Assembly: GCA_040285745.1 (NCBI GenBank) | Contig: JAUFOR010000008.1 | Span: forward strand, 1,488,001-1,552,000 | DNA: 64,000 nt | Source: Barthelona sp. PCE | Lineage: Eukaryota | Direction of reading: 5' to 3' | In this document: piece after piece, positions 1 through 12,900 of the stretch | How the letters are laid out: every line of letters starts with the position of its first letter | Position numbering within the stretch: the stretch's first letter is position 1 | Program-made: the position numbers and the translations under genes | Notes under the pieces: generated by a model | The model's database searches: none | The model's input: the letters and a program-made list of their open reading frames with translations, nothing else | What the model was told of the DNA's origin: nothing

Positions 1-254
1 AGGTTCAACGGTGCCTCCCTCTGCTCATCGAGCACATCCTTTAGAATATGCATCCTCTTTGAGTATTTCACCCTGAAATCGTCAAGTTCGCTGAAATATG
101 CAGCAGTTGCAGGGCCCCTGTCCATTTCTTGTTCACATATATCAATCAACTGTAAAACTTGCGAATATTTTCCAATAGCACTCGGTATAATGCCCCCAAT
201 GTCGTTCTCCACGGCCTCCGTGGCTATCTTTCTGATGATTGGCAGGTAATCCAT
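1..254 (-). CDS. MIT-domain protein, 5' part only (runs off the window start; missing from the ORF track)
   Basis: Manual translation from ATG 254: MDYLPIIRKIATEAVENDIGGIIPSAIGKYSQVLQLIDICEQEM...LDDFRVKYSKRMHILKDVL. Open to base 1. The AVExDxxG...AIxxY...L...YxxRxxxLK pattern fits the MIT three-helix domain. Confidence 0.65.
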   Translation of the reverse strand, partial: MDYLPIIRKIATEAVENDIGGIIPSAIGKYSQVLQLIDICEQEMDRGPATAAYFSELDDFRVKYSKRMHILKDVLDEQREAPLN

Positions 255-312
255 GCCTAAGAGATGGGATAGAAACTGGTTTTTAATTATTTTTCCCCAA
301 TCCAGTCTATGA

Positions 313-3300
313 ATGTTGCATAGTTTGTATATTAAGCTTTTAAATAAGTTCTTAGGGCCGTATTTAAGCGAAGATCTCACCAAAGATCAAGTAGATGTTG
401 CTCTGGGTAGTGGGTATGTTTCGGCTTCGAATATGGACATAAACGTTGATGCCCTAAACAACCTGGGCCTTCCGCTCCTATTCAACAAGGTATCTATCCG
501 TAACCTCACAACCCAGCTTTCTCTACGTAATTTCTGGAAAAGTGGACCTAATATCGTCTTAGATGGTGTAGATATTGACGTAGATTTACTAGATCCTGCC
601 AATAACAAGGAGGAAACAAACAAAGAAGCTTCAGAAGAAGAAATTATCGAGGAGGCAGAGAAAAAAGCTGGCTTCTTTGTTAGAATGCTCGAGGGATTCA
701 TATACCGCCTAAAACTAAACGTATCCAACATCGCTGTCCGTGTTAATACGCGCTTTGGCCCTGTAACATTAAACCTTCAGAGTTTCAGAATCGACGACAA
801 AACAACTGAGTTTGTTGAGAAAGATATTATACTGTCAGGACTTCAGTTACGCCATGAGGCAGGGCTCGACTTTGAATTCGGGTTTAGTGCCAAAGTACAC
901 TACTTTATGGGAGAGGATGATGTTCTGCGACTTGTATGCGAGACTGAAATTGATACAGTTTCTTTAAATATTCAACATGAATTTTTCGCTGTTTTTGAAC
1001 GCATAAAGGGCGTTTTTCTCCCAGACACACGCTTGGGTGACATTGATGAAAGTCTGTTAACATCTGTTATCAACCGCATAGATACCTCGCTCGACACAGA
1101 CTTGTCATCGTTGGAAGAGTCAGTGCATGAGATCAATGCACAGATGCCGCACCGCCTGGCCACTGAGCAGATCGCCATCGTGCTATCAATGAAGCGCATG
1201 AATGTGACAGTGTGCGATGTATGTGTCTCGATAGACAATGCAATGATGGGAGTCTTTACAGGTGAGAGAAACATGTTTGAGTGTGAGCGGATAACGCTTC
1301 CGTTCGTGGAAGTTACCAATGTAGAAATCATGCAGGCAGATAAGATAGCTGTTGAAGTCGGTGATGTATCCATCAGTGTATCTCAACCTGAAGTATACGC
1401 TGTACTCAAGGCACTTGCCCCGTTAGAGCACCTGTACACAATTGATATTGTGGAGCGCGCTCTCACTCGAACGAATACTGACAGCCAGTCATCTGAGTTT
1501 GAAAAATCATCACTGAACGTTGATGTCGCAATTAAAAAGCTCACTATCGAGGCCACCAATGCAGTGGCGAGCCTAAAAATTACAACAGATGTTTTACTGA
1601 AGGACAATAAGATTATTTGTGAAACAGTCTACGGGTTTCTACGCTCAACAGTTTCAACAACTGCACGTATTCTGACTGTGGAGGGGGTTTCCGTTGATCT
1701 AACACAGCGGGCGGTTGCTGTGAGATCAATCGATGTCTCACTGTCAATGCAAGATTTGGGCGGTGTTATTGGTCTGGCAACCCACTTCTTGTACGTTGAC
1801 TTCTGTCCAGTTCATGTGGCCAACGTTGTAAGTTTAGTCACAAAGATATCTCCCCCGACTACACCGACTAAAAGCAACGTTTGTGCTGAAAGCGATGAAG
1901 GTTTTTTTATTGCAACTGGAAGTGTCAAGTGTGAGCTCGTGCTACCACGGTGCAAGGTCGGTGCTGACCTCGATGGTATTACTTTTAGGCAAAAAAAATT
2001 GAATATTGATCACTACCACATTTACCTCGCAGACACAGCTCTCAATCTTGGTGAAATGAGTATAGCATTCCCCAACGTGGCTATAGAGTGCACTGACATG
2101 CCGCATGCCGTAAATGTAACGCTCAGCGACGTTATCAGCGTCAAAATAGCACCAATCTTTGTTCGTGTTCCGTACCTCTATCTCAGCACATATATGCCGG
2201 ACTTTTCATTCAAGGTCCCCGAGTTCGAGCCCCTGTACGTGCCCGATTCGACAACATCTGTCTTTTTATCACTAACTGAGTCAGTCATTTCTCTACAGGG
2301 AGGAAGCAGCATTTTGTTCACACTAAGATCGTTTGAGCTAAATCTTGTACTTAACCCACCGGACGACGGTGTAGCTATGCTCATTGGCGTTATTTTGCCT
2401 AACCTCGCAGTTCATATCAAACCGTTAGGCAAAAATTTGAAACCCTCAGTACATCAGTCCGCGTATGATCACGCACTTGCTCTGGGCTACAGATCGTTTG
2501 CAAACGTGTCAGGCGTCAATGTAATGACTCATATGATGGATGACGGACGCATTGGGGTTTTCACACACGCCCCCAAGCACAATGCCCTAACAGTCTTTGC
2601 AAACGTGTACCCGGATGTCGTTGCACTGCTTGCCGCTTTTGCTGTCCACCGTGAAGACGAGAATAGTGTGGCTCTCGTTGAACAAGACTCTTTCTGTCTT
2701 GCTAATGAAACGGTAATTGACGAGGAACATTTTTACCCCCGATCTCTCGCACCTAGGAGCCAGCCACGCGTCTTCCAGAACAAGGAAACGCAGTTGGAGG
2801 ATGGTATTCTGTTCTCACCCATTGTGATCAACGCTGATCACTTCAATCCAATGCAGGCCCCGACATTGCCCGACAACGCAGTTCTTACCACGTCATTTGA
2901 TGCCGGGTACTTGTCTGTGGTCCTCCATGGTTCAAATTTATTTGGGGAAGATCAATCAAGCGACTCTGTGAGTATTAACATCGCAAACACATCCTTCCAG
3001 GTTCATATATCGGAAGATTCCGATGAGACAACGTTTTTGCTGACTATTGACGATGTAACGCTGTTGGACGGCGTTGGAGACTCGCTGTTCTCGCATGTTC
3101 TGAAGAAATTAGAGACGGGAAAAGACGCTGTACATGCAAAATACCGCCTCTTGAAGGAGGACGCCCAACGGCTATATGTGTCATTGGGTGGCTTTGAAGC
3201 ATGTATCAGTGGTGCGACCATTGGCTTTGTTTCAGGTGCTGTGCTGACAATCATGAGTGAAATTTCCTTGCTCGCTCCCGCCACTTCTTCTACTCCGGAT

Positions 3301-3927
3301 AAAGAGGTGCAGGAAGAGGAGGAGGTCGTTGCAGTTGACGAATCGTTCGTCCAGGCATGCACAGTCGCCCCCTTCAAGCTGAAACTGTCTCTATACCCTG
3401 AGGGTGCTGGCGCCACACTCAAACGATTCGGTCTGGGAAGTATACGCCCTCTTACCATACTGAGCATTACTGACGCGACGCTTGCGTTCCCGGAGTTCCG
3501 CGTTGAGGCAGGCCAAACGTGGACATTCACAGCAGCCGCGCTTCAGGATTTCTTTGTCAGGCAGGTAGCTAGACAATCACCAAGACTTGTGACTGCGCTC
3601 CCATTCCTGCGCTCCTTTGTAGGTCTGTCCGGTGCACTGCTTGGAGTATTTGTTCGTCCTTTTATTAGCGATAATTCATTTTTCGTAGAAATGTACTGTG
3701 CCTTCAATGATCTCTGGAAAACTGCGATTTCTGAGTCCTTGGGGTTGGGTGGGTCCGTGTTGCACTCCGCAAACGTTTTGTTTGACGTCATGGGAGACTT
3801 TATAGGATCAAAATCGAGATCATCAATAAGACGAGTTATATCACATCCTTTCAGATTCCTCAGCAGCGGAACAGCAAACATGCGCCGCTTTCTTCTCGTT
3901 ATGTCGCACAAATCACATAAAAAATAA
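313..3927 (+). CDS. ATG2: ATG2-like bridge-like lipid transfer protein (chorein-N family), 1204 aa
   Basis: Chorein-N start (LLNKFLGPYL...QVDVALGSG...NMDINVDALN), beta-rich repeats, and a C-terminal region (LKLSLYP...LPFLRSFVGLSGALLGVFVRP) resembling the ATG2 C-terminus. Confidence 0.7.
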   Translation: MLHSLYIKLLNKFLGPYLSEDLTKDQVDVALGSGYVSASNMDINVDALNNLGLPLLFNKVSIRNLTTQLSLRNFWKSGPNIVLDGVDIDVDLLDPANNKEETNKEASEEEIIEEAEKKAGFFVRMLEGFIYRLKLNVSNIAVRVNTRFGPVTLNLQSFRIDDKTTEFVEKDIILSGLQLRHEAGLDFEFGFSAKVHYFMGEDDVLRLVCETEIDTVSLNIQHEFFAVFERIKGVFLPDTRLGDIDESLLTSVINRIDTSLDTDLSSLEESVHEINAQMPHRLATEQIAIVLSMKRMNVTVCDVCVSIDNAMMGVFTGERNMFECERITLPFVEVTNVEIMQADKIAVEVGDVSISVSQPEVYAVLKALAPLEHLYTIDIVERALTRTNTDSQSSEFEKSSLNVDVAIKKLTIEATNAVASLKITTDVLLKDNKIICETVYGFLRSTVSTTARILTVEGVSVDLTQRAVAVRSIDVSLSMQDLGGVIGLATHFLYVDFCPVHVANVVSLVTKISPPTTPTKSNVCAESDEGFFIATGSVKCELVLPRCKVGADLDGITFRQKKLNIDHYHIYLADTALNLGEMSIAFPNVAIECTDMPHAVNVTLSDVISVKIAPIFVRVPYLYLSTYMPDFSFKVPEFEPLYVPDSTTSVFLSLTESVISLQGGSSILFTLRSFELNLVLNPPDDGVAMLIGVILPNLAVHIKPLGKNLKPSVHQSAYDHALALGYRSFANVSGVNVMTHMMDDGRIGVFTHAPKHNALTVFANVYPDVVALLAAFAVHREDENSVALVEQDSFCLANETVIDEEHFYPRSLAPRSQPRVFQNKETQLEDGILFSPIVINADHFNPMQAPTLPDNAVLTTSFDAGYLSVVLHGSNLFGEDQSSDSVSINIANTSFQVHISEDSDETTFLLTIDDVTLLDGVGDSLFSHVLKKLETGKDAVHAKYRLLKEDAQRLYVSLGGFEACISGATIGFVSGAVLTIMSEISLLAPATSSTPDKEVQEEEEVVAVDESFVQACTVAPFKLKLSLYPEGAGATLKRFGLGSIRPLTILSITDATLAFPEFRVEAGQTWTFTAAALQDFFVRQVARQSPRLVTALPFLRSFVGLSGALLGVFVRPFISDNSFFVEMYCAFNDLWKTAISESLGLGGSVLHSANVLFDVMGDFIGSKSRSSIRRVISHPFRFLSSGTANMRRFLLVMSHKSHKK

Positions 3928-3941
3928 AAATTTTTTGATCT

Positions 3942-6900
3942 TTACTTTTTGCGGTATTCCCGCACAAGGAGCCTGTTGTAGAATACGAAGCGGTAAAGCG
4001 CGGTATATGCGTACCTGGCCTCGTGTAAAGTCGGAAATTCAATCATTGTTTGTGTATCACCGCGATCTATTACAACCACACAATGATCAATGGTAATACC
4101 ACTAATATCCCACACGCAGAGACGGTCCATGAGCACCATGCGCTGCTCAGTGTTAATCTTGAGCACAAAACATCCCATCAACACGAGACAGGTGGTGTCT
4201 GTCAGACGAATACATGCAACTAGTGGGAGTCCATCAAAGATGCGCTTATTTTCAACCTTCATACGACGAACACTGTGTTGCATGCATGCGAGTCTGTAGT
4301 CCACCGGTGACGTAAAGCTGTCAATTGAGAACACACGAGCAGGCCGAACAACCCCAACAGTATTACTCACAACTGGTTGGTTCTTGAATCCCATGAAGAT
4401 ATTAGATATAGCAAGAGAAATTCCGCCCAAAGGTTTTGTAATAAGCCCCAGTAAACCGTGCCCGATGCCCGCACCCAGACGCTTGTGCCCCTCATCGTGC
4501 TCCATTTGACTCGGCACTTGAACAACCCCAGTAACACCGTAAAAAAATCCGTCTCTAACGGACTTCCATGCCGCTGCGGCACCAGATGCTGAACTGAGCG
4601 GTGGCCGCATGCGCCTGTTGCGCTCCTTTTTGATGATTCGCGAATCCCGACTTCCCTGAACAAGGCCTCTTCCAATGGCACCAAAAAATGAGTGGAATGG
4701 CACACAAACTCCGCGAGCAATCCTTTCCTGGGTTCCCTGTCTCTCTTGTAGTGTTCCTGGAGCTTCACGTATCAAATTCTGAGCGGTTTGATGAAATCTA
4801 GTATTTGATTTCGACTCGTAGTCAATATCAATGGCTCTACGACGACGTTCTGACTTGAACGCGCCTACGGGGTTGCCAAACACCTCCAGAGATCCTACTA
4901 CAGTCCACAGTTGTGCTGCCAATGATACTGAGACGAGTTCCTTAAAATTGCCCAAAAATATGCCCCAATCCTGTACCGACTCTACCACCTCGTACGAGGG
5001 GACGACAAGCGGTGCGCGCTGTACACTGGCGAGGAATACGCTCAGTGCAGATGATACGGAAGATAAAAGAGAGGGTGGTGGAACATCGAAACGCTGAGCT
5101 ACACCAGCGAAATACGCCGCCAGTGCATCTTCCAGGACAAAACGGGACCCAAGAGGGTCCATCTCAAACGTTAGGAAGAGTGTGAAAGCCGAAAGTCCCA
5201 CTTTTTCGAAAAACACCTGAACTTTTTTCTCAGCTTCACTCACGTCACAAACATCCCACACCGCAGCGAACGCATGGTCTGCCTGTAGTACTAGATCGAA
5301 TGGGAGCACGCTTGTGATGTTGTTCATCACGGTCACTATATTGCTTCCGATATTAAGCTGGGAATCCTGCACGTTAACTACCAAGCATTCGAGCCATTCG
5401 GTCACAGGGAGAAAGCGCGTATCTCTCATCATAAAAGCGTGAATATGACAGTGGCTGCGACGGGCACATGCATCAGAGTTGGGGTCGATGAAAGACCAGT
5501 CCGGTTCGTTACAATCGTCAAATGCCGTAGTTGGGTTGACGAATACTGGTGAGAATATGACGGGCCAGGGTGTACCTGGGGTGAGATCGTCGAGTTGAAT
5601 ACGCTCGACGCCAGCTTCCAAAGCGACACGGTTGTCCCTGAGTTCAAAACAACCAAAAACATTGACAACAGAGAACACAAAGACCTCGCTTGGTACCATC
5701 GTGATGACGCATGCCTGGAGAAGAGGTGCACGCATCGCCAAAGTTAATACGTGCTTTCTTCTTGGCCGTGAAGATCGTCGCATATCCCAAAACGACTTAA
5801 CCCCCCGCAGAACCTGCAGTGGCTCTGCTAGCAAACGCTGCTTCTTTTCAACGAAGTCGGTCACCGACACGTACAGATTCTCACCCCTGTGCACTCGTAC
5901 AATCAGCTTAACACCATCATTGAGCTCGAACACCAGATCATTTTTCAGTTCGCTGTAGGACAGTTTGATTGGCGAAACCTCGTATCCGACGGCAGTCAGA
6001 ACAATTATTTCAGGGGTGTCAATGATCCTGTCAAGGCTGTAATACAAGCGATCGCCCTGTTTGATTATGTATGTTGGTGAAGCGTGATAATCTTGACGCA
6101 TACGCAAACATAAACTGCAATTATTCCATATAGAAAAGAGAGGTAAGTTGGTTCGGATGAGGACGCGGATACGCCCGTTAGAATAACTCACATACATTCC
6201 CATGAAACGTGTAGGGTGGGCGCTTATGTGTACCAGCTGCTTGGAAACGAACTTGAGCTCGTGAAATCCGGGTATGCTGAAGTCGAACTCTGCTGTGGGA
6301 CGGTAACCTTCATCAAATGATAATAATGACATTCGTGTGTTTGTGGGTACAACAAGCAGCGGCACCTCCGCACCAGGTTCTACATAGATACAGCTATTGT
6401 AGACGTCGGTGTCCGGGCCACTGAATACAATCATTACGGGTTGTGCTGTTAAGTTACAGAACGAATATCTCTCTGAAACGGTTACAACGCTGAATCCATA
6501 AGTAGGATCCGCACTCACAGACATGGTTACGGAAGCGACAAAAGCGTCACTTTGTTTAATAGCGTGCACCGAGCAAATAGACACATTCAAAACTGATATG
6601 GGATCTGAAAAGTCGCCGACGTGTTTCAAACGAAGCGCTTCCTCCTCATTGTGGATATCTGTTGTCGAAAGTGGGGCAGATTCGAGAAACTCGGTCGTTG
6701 CAAATAATGTGAACGAACTAATTTCAGTCATTGTCTCCCTCACAATCGATCGCGGATCAGCCATTGCGAAAACCAGCTTCAAATCTTTCCCGAGCGTCGA
6801 GCCAGCCACTGCCTCACCTGCTTTGATAAAGAGAGGTGCAACCCTCCCACATCCCTTTAACTGCCGTTTCAACTCCTTTGCAACAATATCGTCACCTATA

Positions 6901-9900
6901 AAGGAGTGTGGTGCTTGAGGGAGCGATGTTCGGGGCACAACATGCTTCTTGGGGAGAGAAATGTGCAACATCAGGGGGAAAGGCAGCATGTTTTCAATGC
7001 TGTAAGACTGTACAAGCGTCACTATATGAGAAGCGTGCACAGCCCTGCGTTCGTCGAACGAAATATCACAATAGCCGCTGTCGATAAACTCTATGTCATC
7101 GTGCGGTGTGTACTCAACATTTACCTGCGTTAGAGGGGCTGTTGGGGACTGAAACAACACTGCAGAGTCGCACTCATCGATGTTCGAAGACCATACACAG
7201 AGAGACGAAGCCTGACGTGGCATATCCGCGATGGAGACACTTGCTAGAACGTCACAAGATGCATCAAAATGGTATATATGAACTGGATCTCCTCCTAAAA
7301 GCATCCTTTCTGAAGGGAGTGGTGATACATCACTTTTTCTACCCTGATAAACAGAAAAAAAAGTTTGAGCTGGAAGCCTTGAGCATACTGAGAGCAGTGG
7401 AGTGATCTCAATTACGGTCTCGGTTATGCCCACGTTGATCTGGATGTTGAGCACACGCATTGCAAATGAGAGATGCGATAAATCAAGCACGTCAATGCTA
7501 CACTGCCCAATTGGAAGCTTTGATCCTGGAGCCTGCACAAACTGCAGTACCGTCGAGTGAATAAACTGGCCCTCTGGCACGTAAACCTCGTCAGCAAGTA
7601 TGTATCTACAGCCGTTGTACTGAATTGGAAAAATGTTGATTATCATTTGACCAGATCCAGCCATGAATCCCACGTTAACGCACTCACCGGCACCGACAGA
7701 GACGACGCTCTTGCGCTCGCCTACCCACTTGACACCTACCCGTAAAGGAAACGCAACGTGGCTTGACACTCTCAGCAACCCACGCACTGCGATGGAAACG
7801 ATGTCAGTCTGGTGAATCTCAACTGCAACGCGGCCTAGAATCTCCCCGCCGTGCAACGGAACCACGTCGGCGTGGTCTTCAGAAAGAGGACGATTAAACA
7901 CTGCTAGTGGGTGCAATTCTTCAACTATATTGAAGTAACTAATGCCGAGGCGTGACAGACGGACGTGTGGTAGAACACCGTCGCAGAAAACAAGCTTCAA
8001 GTAGCAAAACTCGAGATCTACATCGTGTGGAATCGTATCAAGTGCTGAGCCGCCAAAGTGTAACTCGTTCAGGAACAAACACCTATCATCTACTTCACCG
8101 TTCACGTTGCACGTGCGGGATCGGACCTCGTAGTAGACAGAAGAAGATATGCCGTTCGAAAACTCAACAGTGATGTCCCTCGGCACTGTATCCATGAAGA
8201 TGATGCTACTGATGTCCTCCCGTGCTTCTGCAATGCATTTGCCGTGTGCATTGACTAGGGTTGCGCACGAACGCATAAAATAAGCGCTGATGTCGATGAT
8301 GAATGGTGTCTTTAAATGGAAGAGCATTCGTATCTTCCTAATTGCAGAAAACCTCTCCAGCAGCGCGTCTGCACGCTTGATGAAGTCGATGAATGCGCCG
8401 GAGTCCAGGTCTACACGAGCAGAATCCAAAGTAAACATGGACTGCTCCAGCTCCGACGGAAGATCCAACTTTGTAGCTTTGAATATGTCATTGGTACTGA
8501 TAGGGTCGCTGGGCTGGCTGCAGAACGAAAGCGATGCGCCCACTGGCTCCAGGAGCAGCACTGTATCAGAATATGACACGGGAACTACACTAGCTGAAAT
8601 GCTGAGATCTAACGTCAAAAACTGCGCATTGCGGAACTTGATGAGATCGGCCAATGCTCCCATTACCTGCACCGAGAACAAAGTCTGCGCTGTTCCGGAG
8701 GATATTATACCAAAATCTAAAGATATGTCGCCAAACGTTAGCACATATCGGATCTGGTTGGATCTGAGCAGCTCGCTTGCCCGGCGGGCTGCGCCTGGGT
8801 AGTACGACTGGATGATGTCTCCTACCGTGGGTTGCGTGACAACCCTAACAAAATAGGCTTGTGCCAGTCGCAGTCGATCATAACCGGTTTCGTAGAACCT
8901 ATCAACGGCAAGATGTGTAAGCGAAGCGGCCATTTGAACGAGCGACACGCTACAGACGACGCGCCGAAGTGCACCTGCTAACAAAACAGCATCATTGATG
9001 AATATGGATATTTCTGTGTTTGAAACATCAAAGAATGTGTTCCAAATGACATTAGGTGTGTCAGTTAGTGCGTGAAAATCGTCGATGGCCTCCTGTAAGG
9101 AGTGGTCATTGATTTCCGGTGTCTCCGTGAATTCACACTCGCTGAGGGAAGATGCAGTATCATTGTCAATTTCCAGCAGTTCTATATCGCTAACCGATAG
9201 TTCGACAGGGTCAGGAGTGGGTGGTACAAAACCAGAACGGTACTCCGGTGTCATGCGGATATGGACAGACGAAGGACGTACGATATGCCTCTGCTGTGAT
9301 GTGGGAAATGTGATGGCGCCTCTAAAAGCAGACGGTACCGTTATAAATACTGATAACGAGACATCAGCGGAAATTGTGGGTTCTCGTAGGAGAAAAGAGT
9401 GTAGCCTGCCTGAAACGTCACACATGAGACAAAATACTGCACCCTTTCCATCACAATAATCGCCTAATGCCGTGGAAATCGCTACTCCGACGTTGGTGAC
9501 AGAGCACGCAATATCAAGAGCAATTTTTGCATCCACAAGTGCGTTGAGAATTGTTGACGAGGGCTCAATATCGTTAATGGCAGCAGTCAGCGGGTTTGCA
9601 GCCGTGGAGTCGTTCAAAAACAAAAGCGTACCAACCAAATTGATGAGTCGGATAACGGCAGATGAATCAAATAAAAAAAAAAAATCGCTTAGCTTGCTCC
9701 TGACGCGATACGACTGCATGTCCCCATGTTGTCGTGTGCACTTGACTGAAAACATAGGGGTGCCAACTAACAGCTCGCATTTTTCATCGAAAACATCAGT
9801 CACGAATGATATGTCTTCAACACATGCATTGACCTGTGTCATTCCGTGGAAGAACAAAACATCGCCCTGTAACCGGAAAGAAATGGTGCCCATATGAGCA

Positions 9901-12900
9901 TTGTCGTGAAACTCAATCAAGAATTCCCCCTTTTGCCGAATTAAAAACTGTGGACAGCTCTTTAAAGGTGGGTAGAGTGGGTAAAGCGTCTGCTTCGGCG
10001 TTGAAAACGAGAGAAGTCCTCTCTGCAGTGCCTTAAGCGAGATGTATCGGTGCGCTGCGAGAGCTGCCGACAGGTATGCCACGAGACAGTGTGTCACCAC
10101 GAGGTTCATACTGATATCAGCATCAAGCTCGTTGCGGCCACCTCTACCATCCACAGTGGCCAACAGATGACCAGAAACTAAAAGACTTAATTTGAGCAAA
10201 ACTTGATGATTAACAAAGCCCTCCAGCTTCGTTATACTCAATTCAACGCTCTTTTTGGTCGGCTTTCCGCTCATTAGTGCCTTGAGAAGCTGGATTCGAT
10301 AAGTAGCAATAGCTGTACAGCCACATAGTGTAATAAGTTCGTCAACAACCTCAACATAACTCACCGTCATAACAACACTGTTAATCCCATCATATGACAG
10401 AGGCTCTGTGGGGTAATCGACAGCTGAGTATCGCTGCCCCGATATGTAGCCCAAGAATGAGGCAGGAAAAAGTCGACCAGGTAATGCATATAACAACGGA
10501 CATGTTACAACACGCATATTCTGTATTCTTGCAGTCAGTGCTGAATGATGCAACTTCAGATAGAAAGATGCTGTGGTGGAAAAATCATCTTCATTTTCTT
10601 CCAATGAAGATGAGAGCCGTATAATACTTCTTCCGCTTGAGTTCTTCACCGTTAGATCCTGTACTGATGCGCAAAGCATGGAGTTGGGGTCTTGGCAGGA
10701 TTTCTCCACAGAGAGTTGGCTGATCCCAGCGTGCATGGAGGCTGTGTGGCCCATTTCGTCCCAATCGCTGCTCAACTCCTCAGGCAATACCAGCCCAGTA
10801 CTCAAGACCTGTAGGTCAAAACGCAATGAGCCCTCTGATTGCCTTTCGACAATGACTGGTGGAAGGAAAGAAAACCAGCAGGGTGGTAGAGCGTAGAGTA
10901 TGTAATGGCATAACAATGAGTATAGCTTTTCTAAATCGGCCAAGATATCGACGCAGGACATAAACATGCCAACTGTCGTTGTTCTATGTCCGTTTGCAGC
11001 ACCCAGACGAACTCGCAGGACAAATGAAGAGTCAGGTCTATTTTCAAGACACCACTGTGAAAACAGGGGCATATCAGTGTGCGAGATGGTTGTTTCAAAC
11101 TGTTGAAGAGGATCAATGCGCTCTCCGTCGATGATAATACTGTCTCGGTTTGAAACTGTTATCAATGGGGCGGTCCTTTGTTGGTTGATGCACTGAATCT
11201 TTCTCTGTTTATCCCTGTTCTTGAGTATAAACTTCATGTTCGAAACAACGTCACGAAACGAGAACCTGTGACTTACCGCGCCTCTCTGAACAGTGAGAGA
11301 TCGGAAAAAGGTTTCAAAAATGGTGGTGACTGGCTTAAAAACAAGAAACATCGACCAAAACGCAACACGGAGCATGAAGTCCGCGTTTGGTGCGGATAAA
11401 TGATCGAGAGATGGGGCTGAGCAGAGGCAAATGTCCATACGCTGCACGTCGATAGCCAGCCTGAAAAGCTCCAATTTTGATATTCTATCAATGAAACTGA
11501 CTGACAGTTGATCAACAAACGCTGCTATTCCCTTCTTAAGCACTATTTCAGAAGCTGATTCGGGTTCGAAACCTACGATATCAGAAATCGTGCTCAGAAG
11601 AAGGCGGAGCGAGTTTGATGTGCACCTGATATCGACGTGGTGCGATGCAAGGAAAAGAACAGCTTTTGATACTGAATTTGGTGGAAAGAGAACACTAAAA
11701 GTAAACTGAGACGGACACATCAAAACATGAGACGGTTCCTCCAGCCCGACTTCCACCGAGCCGATGTCTCCCTGCAGACCCTCGGGATGCTGCCTGACGA
11801 AAATCGAACCAACCTCTGCTAGAAAAACTCCACCCTTGACTTCGAGTCGAGCATCTATTTGGTTGATTCGAGCAGCCACGGTGAAACGCGGTGACGGGGT
11901 CGGAACGCCCTTGAATGAGGTTGTGTTGCTTAGAGCAAGCAAAGAAGTCTTGAAATCCCATAAAGGATCGAAGGTTGTATCCCCTACGCATTCCGAAATC
12001 ATAGATATGAGAAATGCAACATTCTTGTCTGACACGCGCAACGAAAGGTCTCCGATGCGCACTGATAACGTTGCGTTTCTGTTAACCGAACTGTAAATCA
12101 CATTCAGAAAGTCAGTGCTCTCGACAACATTATTCACAAACAATTTGGGAACGGACGAGACTGCATTGATACTCATGCCGTTGAGCGATGCTTTTGCAGA
12201 CACAAGAGGCACGACAAGAGACAGTGAACCTGTTGATCCCAGTAAAGAAAACGAAACGTTGGTGACCCTAAACGACATGCGAAAAAGAAAATTTTTCACC
12301 ATTTCGGGTACCCTCTCTATGCCGAAACGCCGTAAAAACAACGACGACCCCCACTGCTTAACCGCTATTAATGGTTTTAGAAACAGTTTTCCAATATTAC
12401 CGTACAGAACACGACCATGGGCGCTACTCAGCTCCCCACTTTCCATCTTACGACGCGCAATCATCCTGAAAACAATGAGCTGCTCTACGGGAGTATTCTT
12501 CTCAATGAGTTGTAGCAACCGCCGCCTTGATCCCGTCATCTTGTTATACTCACACCCGGATGCCACAAAGTTGGCGTACAGTACCCCGTACACACGCCTT
12601 ACCTGTGCGTTCTTCGAAAGTGACAAATTCCAAAGGTTCCGTTTCCGAGTGACAATAAGGTGCACCGCGTTAAACGCATACTTCAACCAAGCACGACGGT
12701 CTTCTAAAACTGGCACAGTGGGGCGTAGATGGATGAAACGACGTATCCTAACAATCCTTGACATCTTCTCCCTGAATGCAGAAAAAAAAGTAATCAACTT
12801 TGTTGGACATTCGAAACTCGCCCCAGACGCCTCAAGCTCAATATCAAAAGAGGGGATAGTATCAATATAACCAAAATAAATGCGTACAAAACCTTGCAGC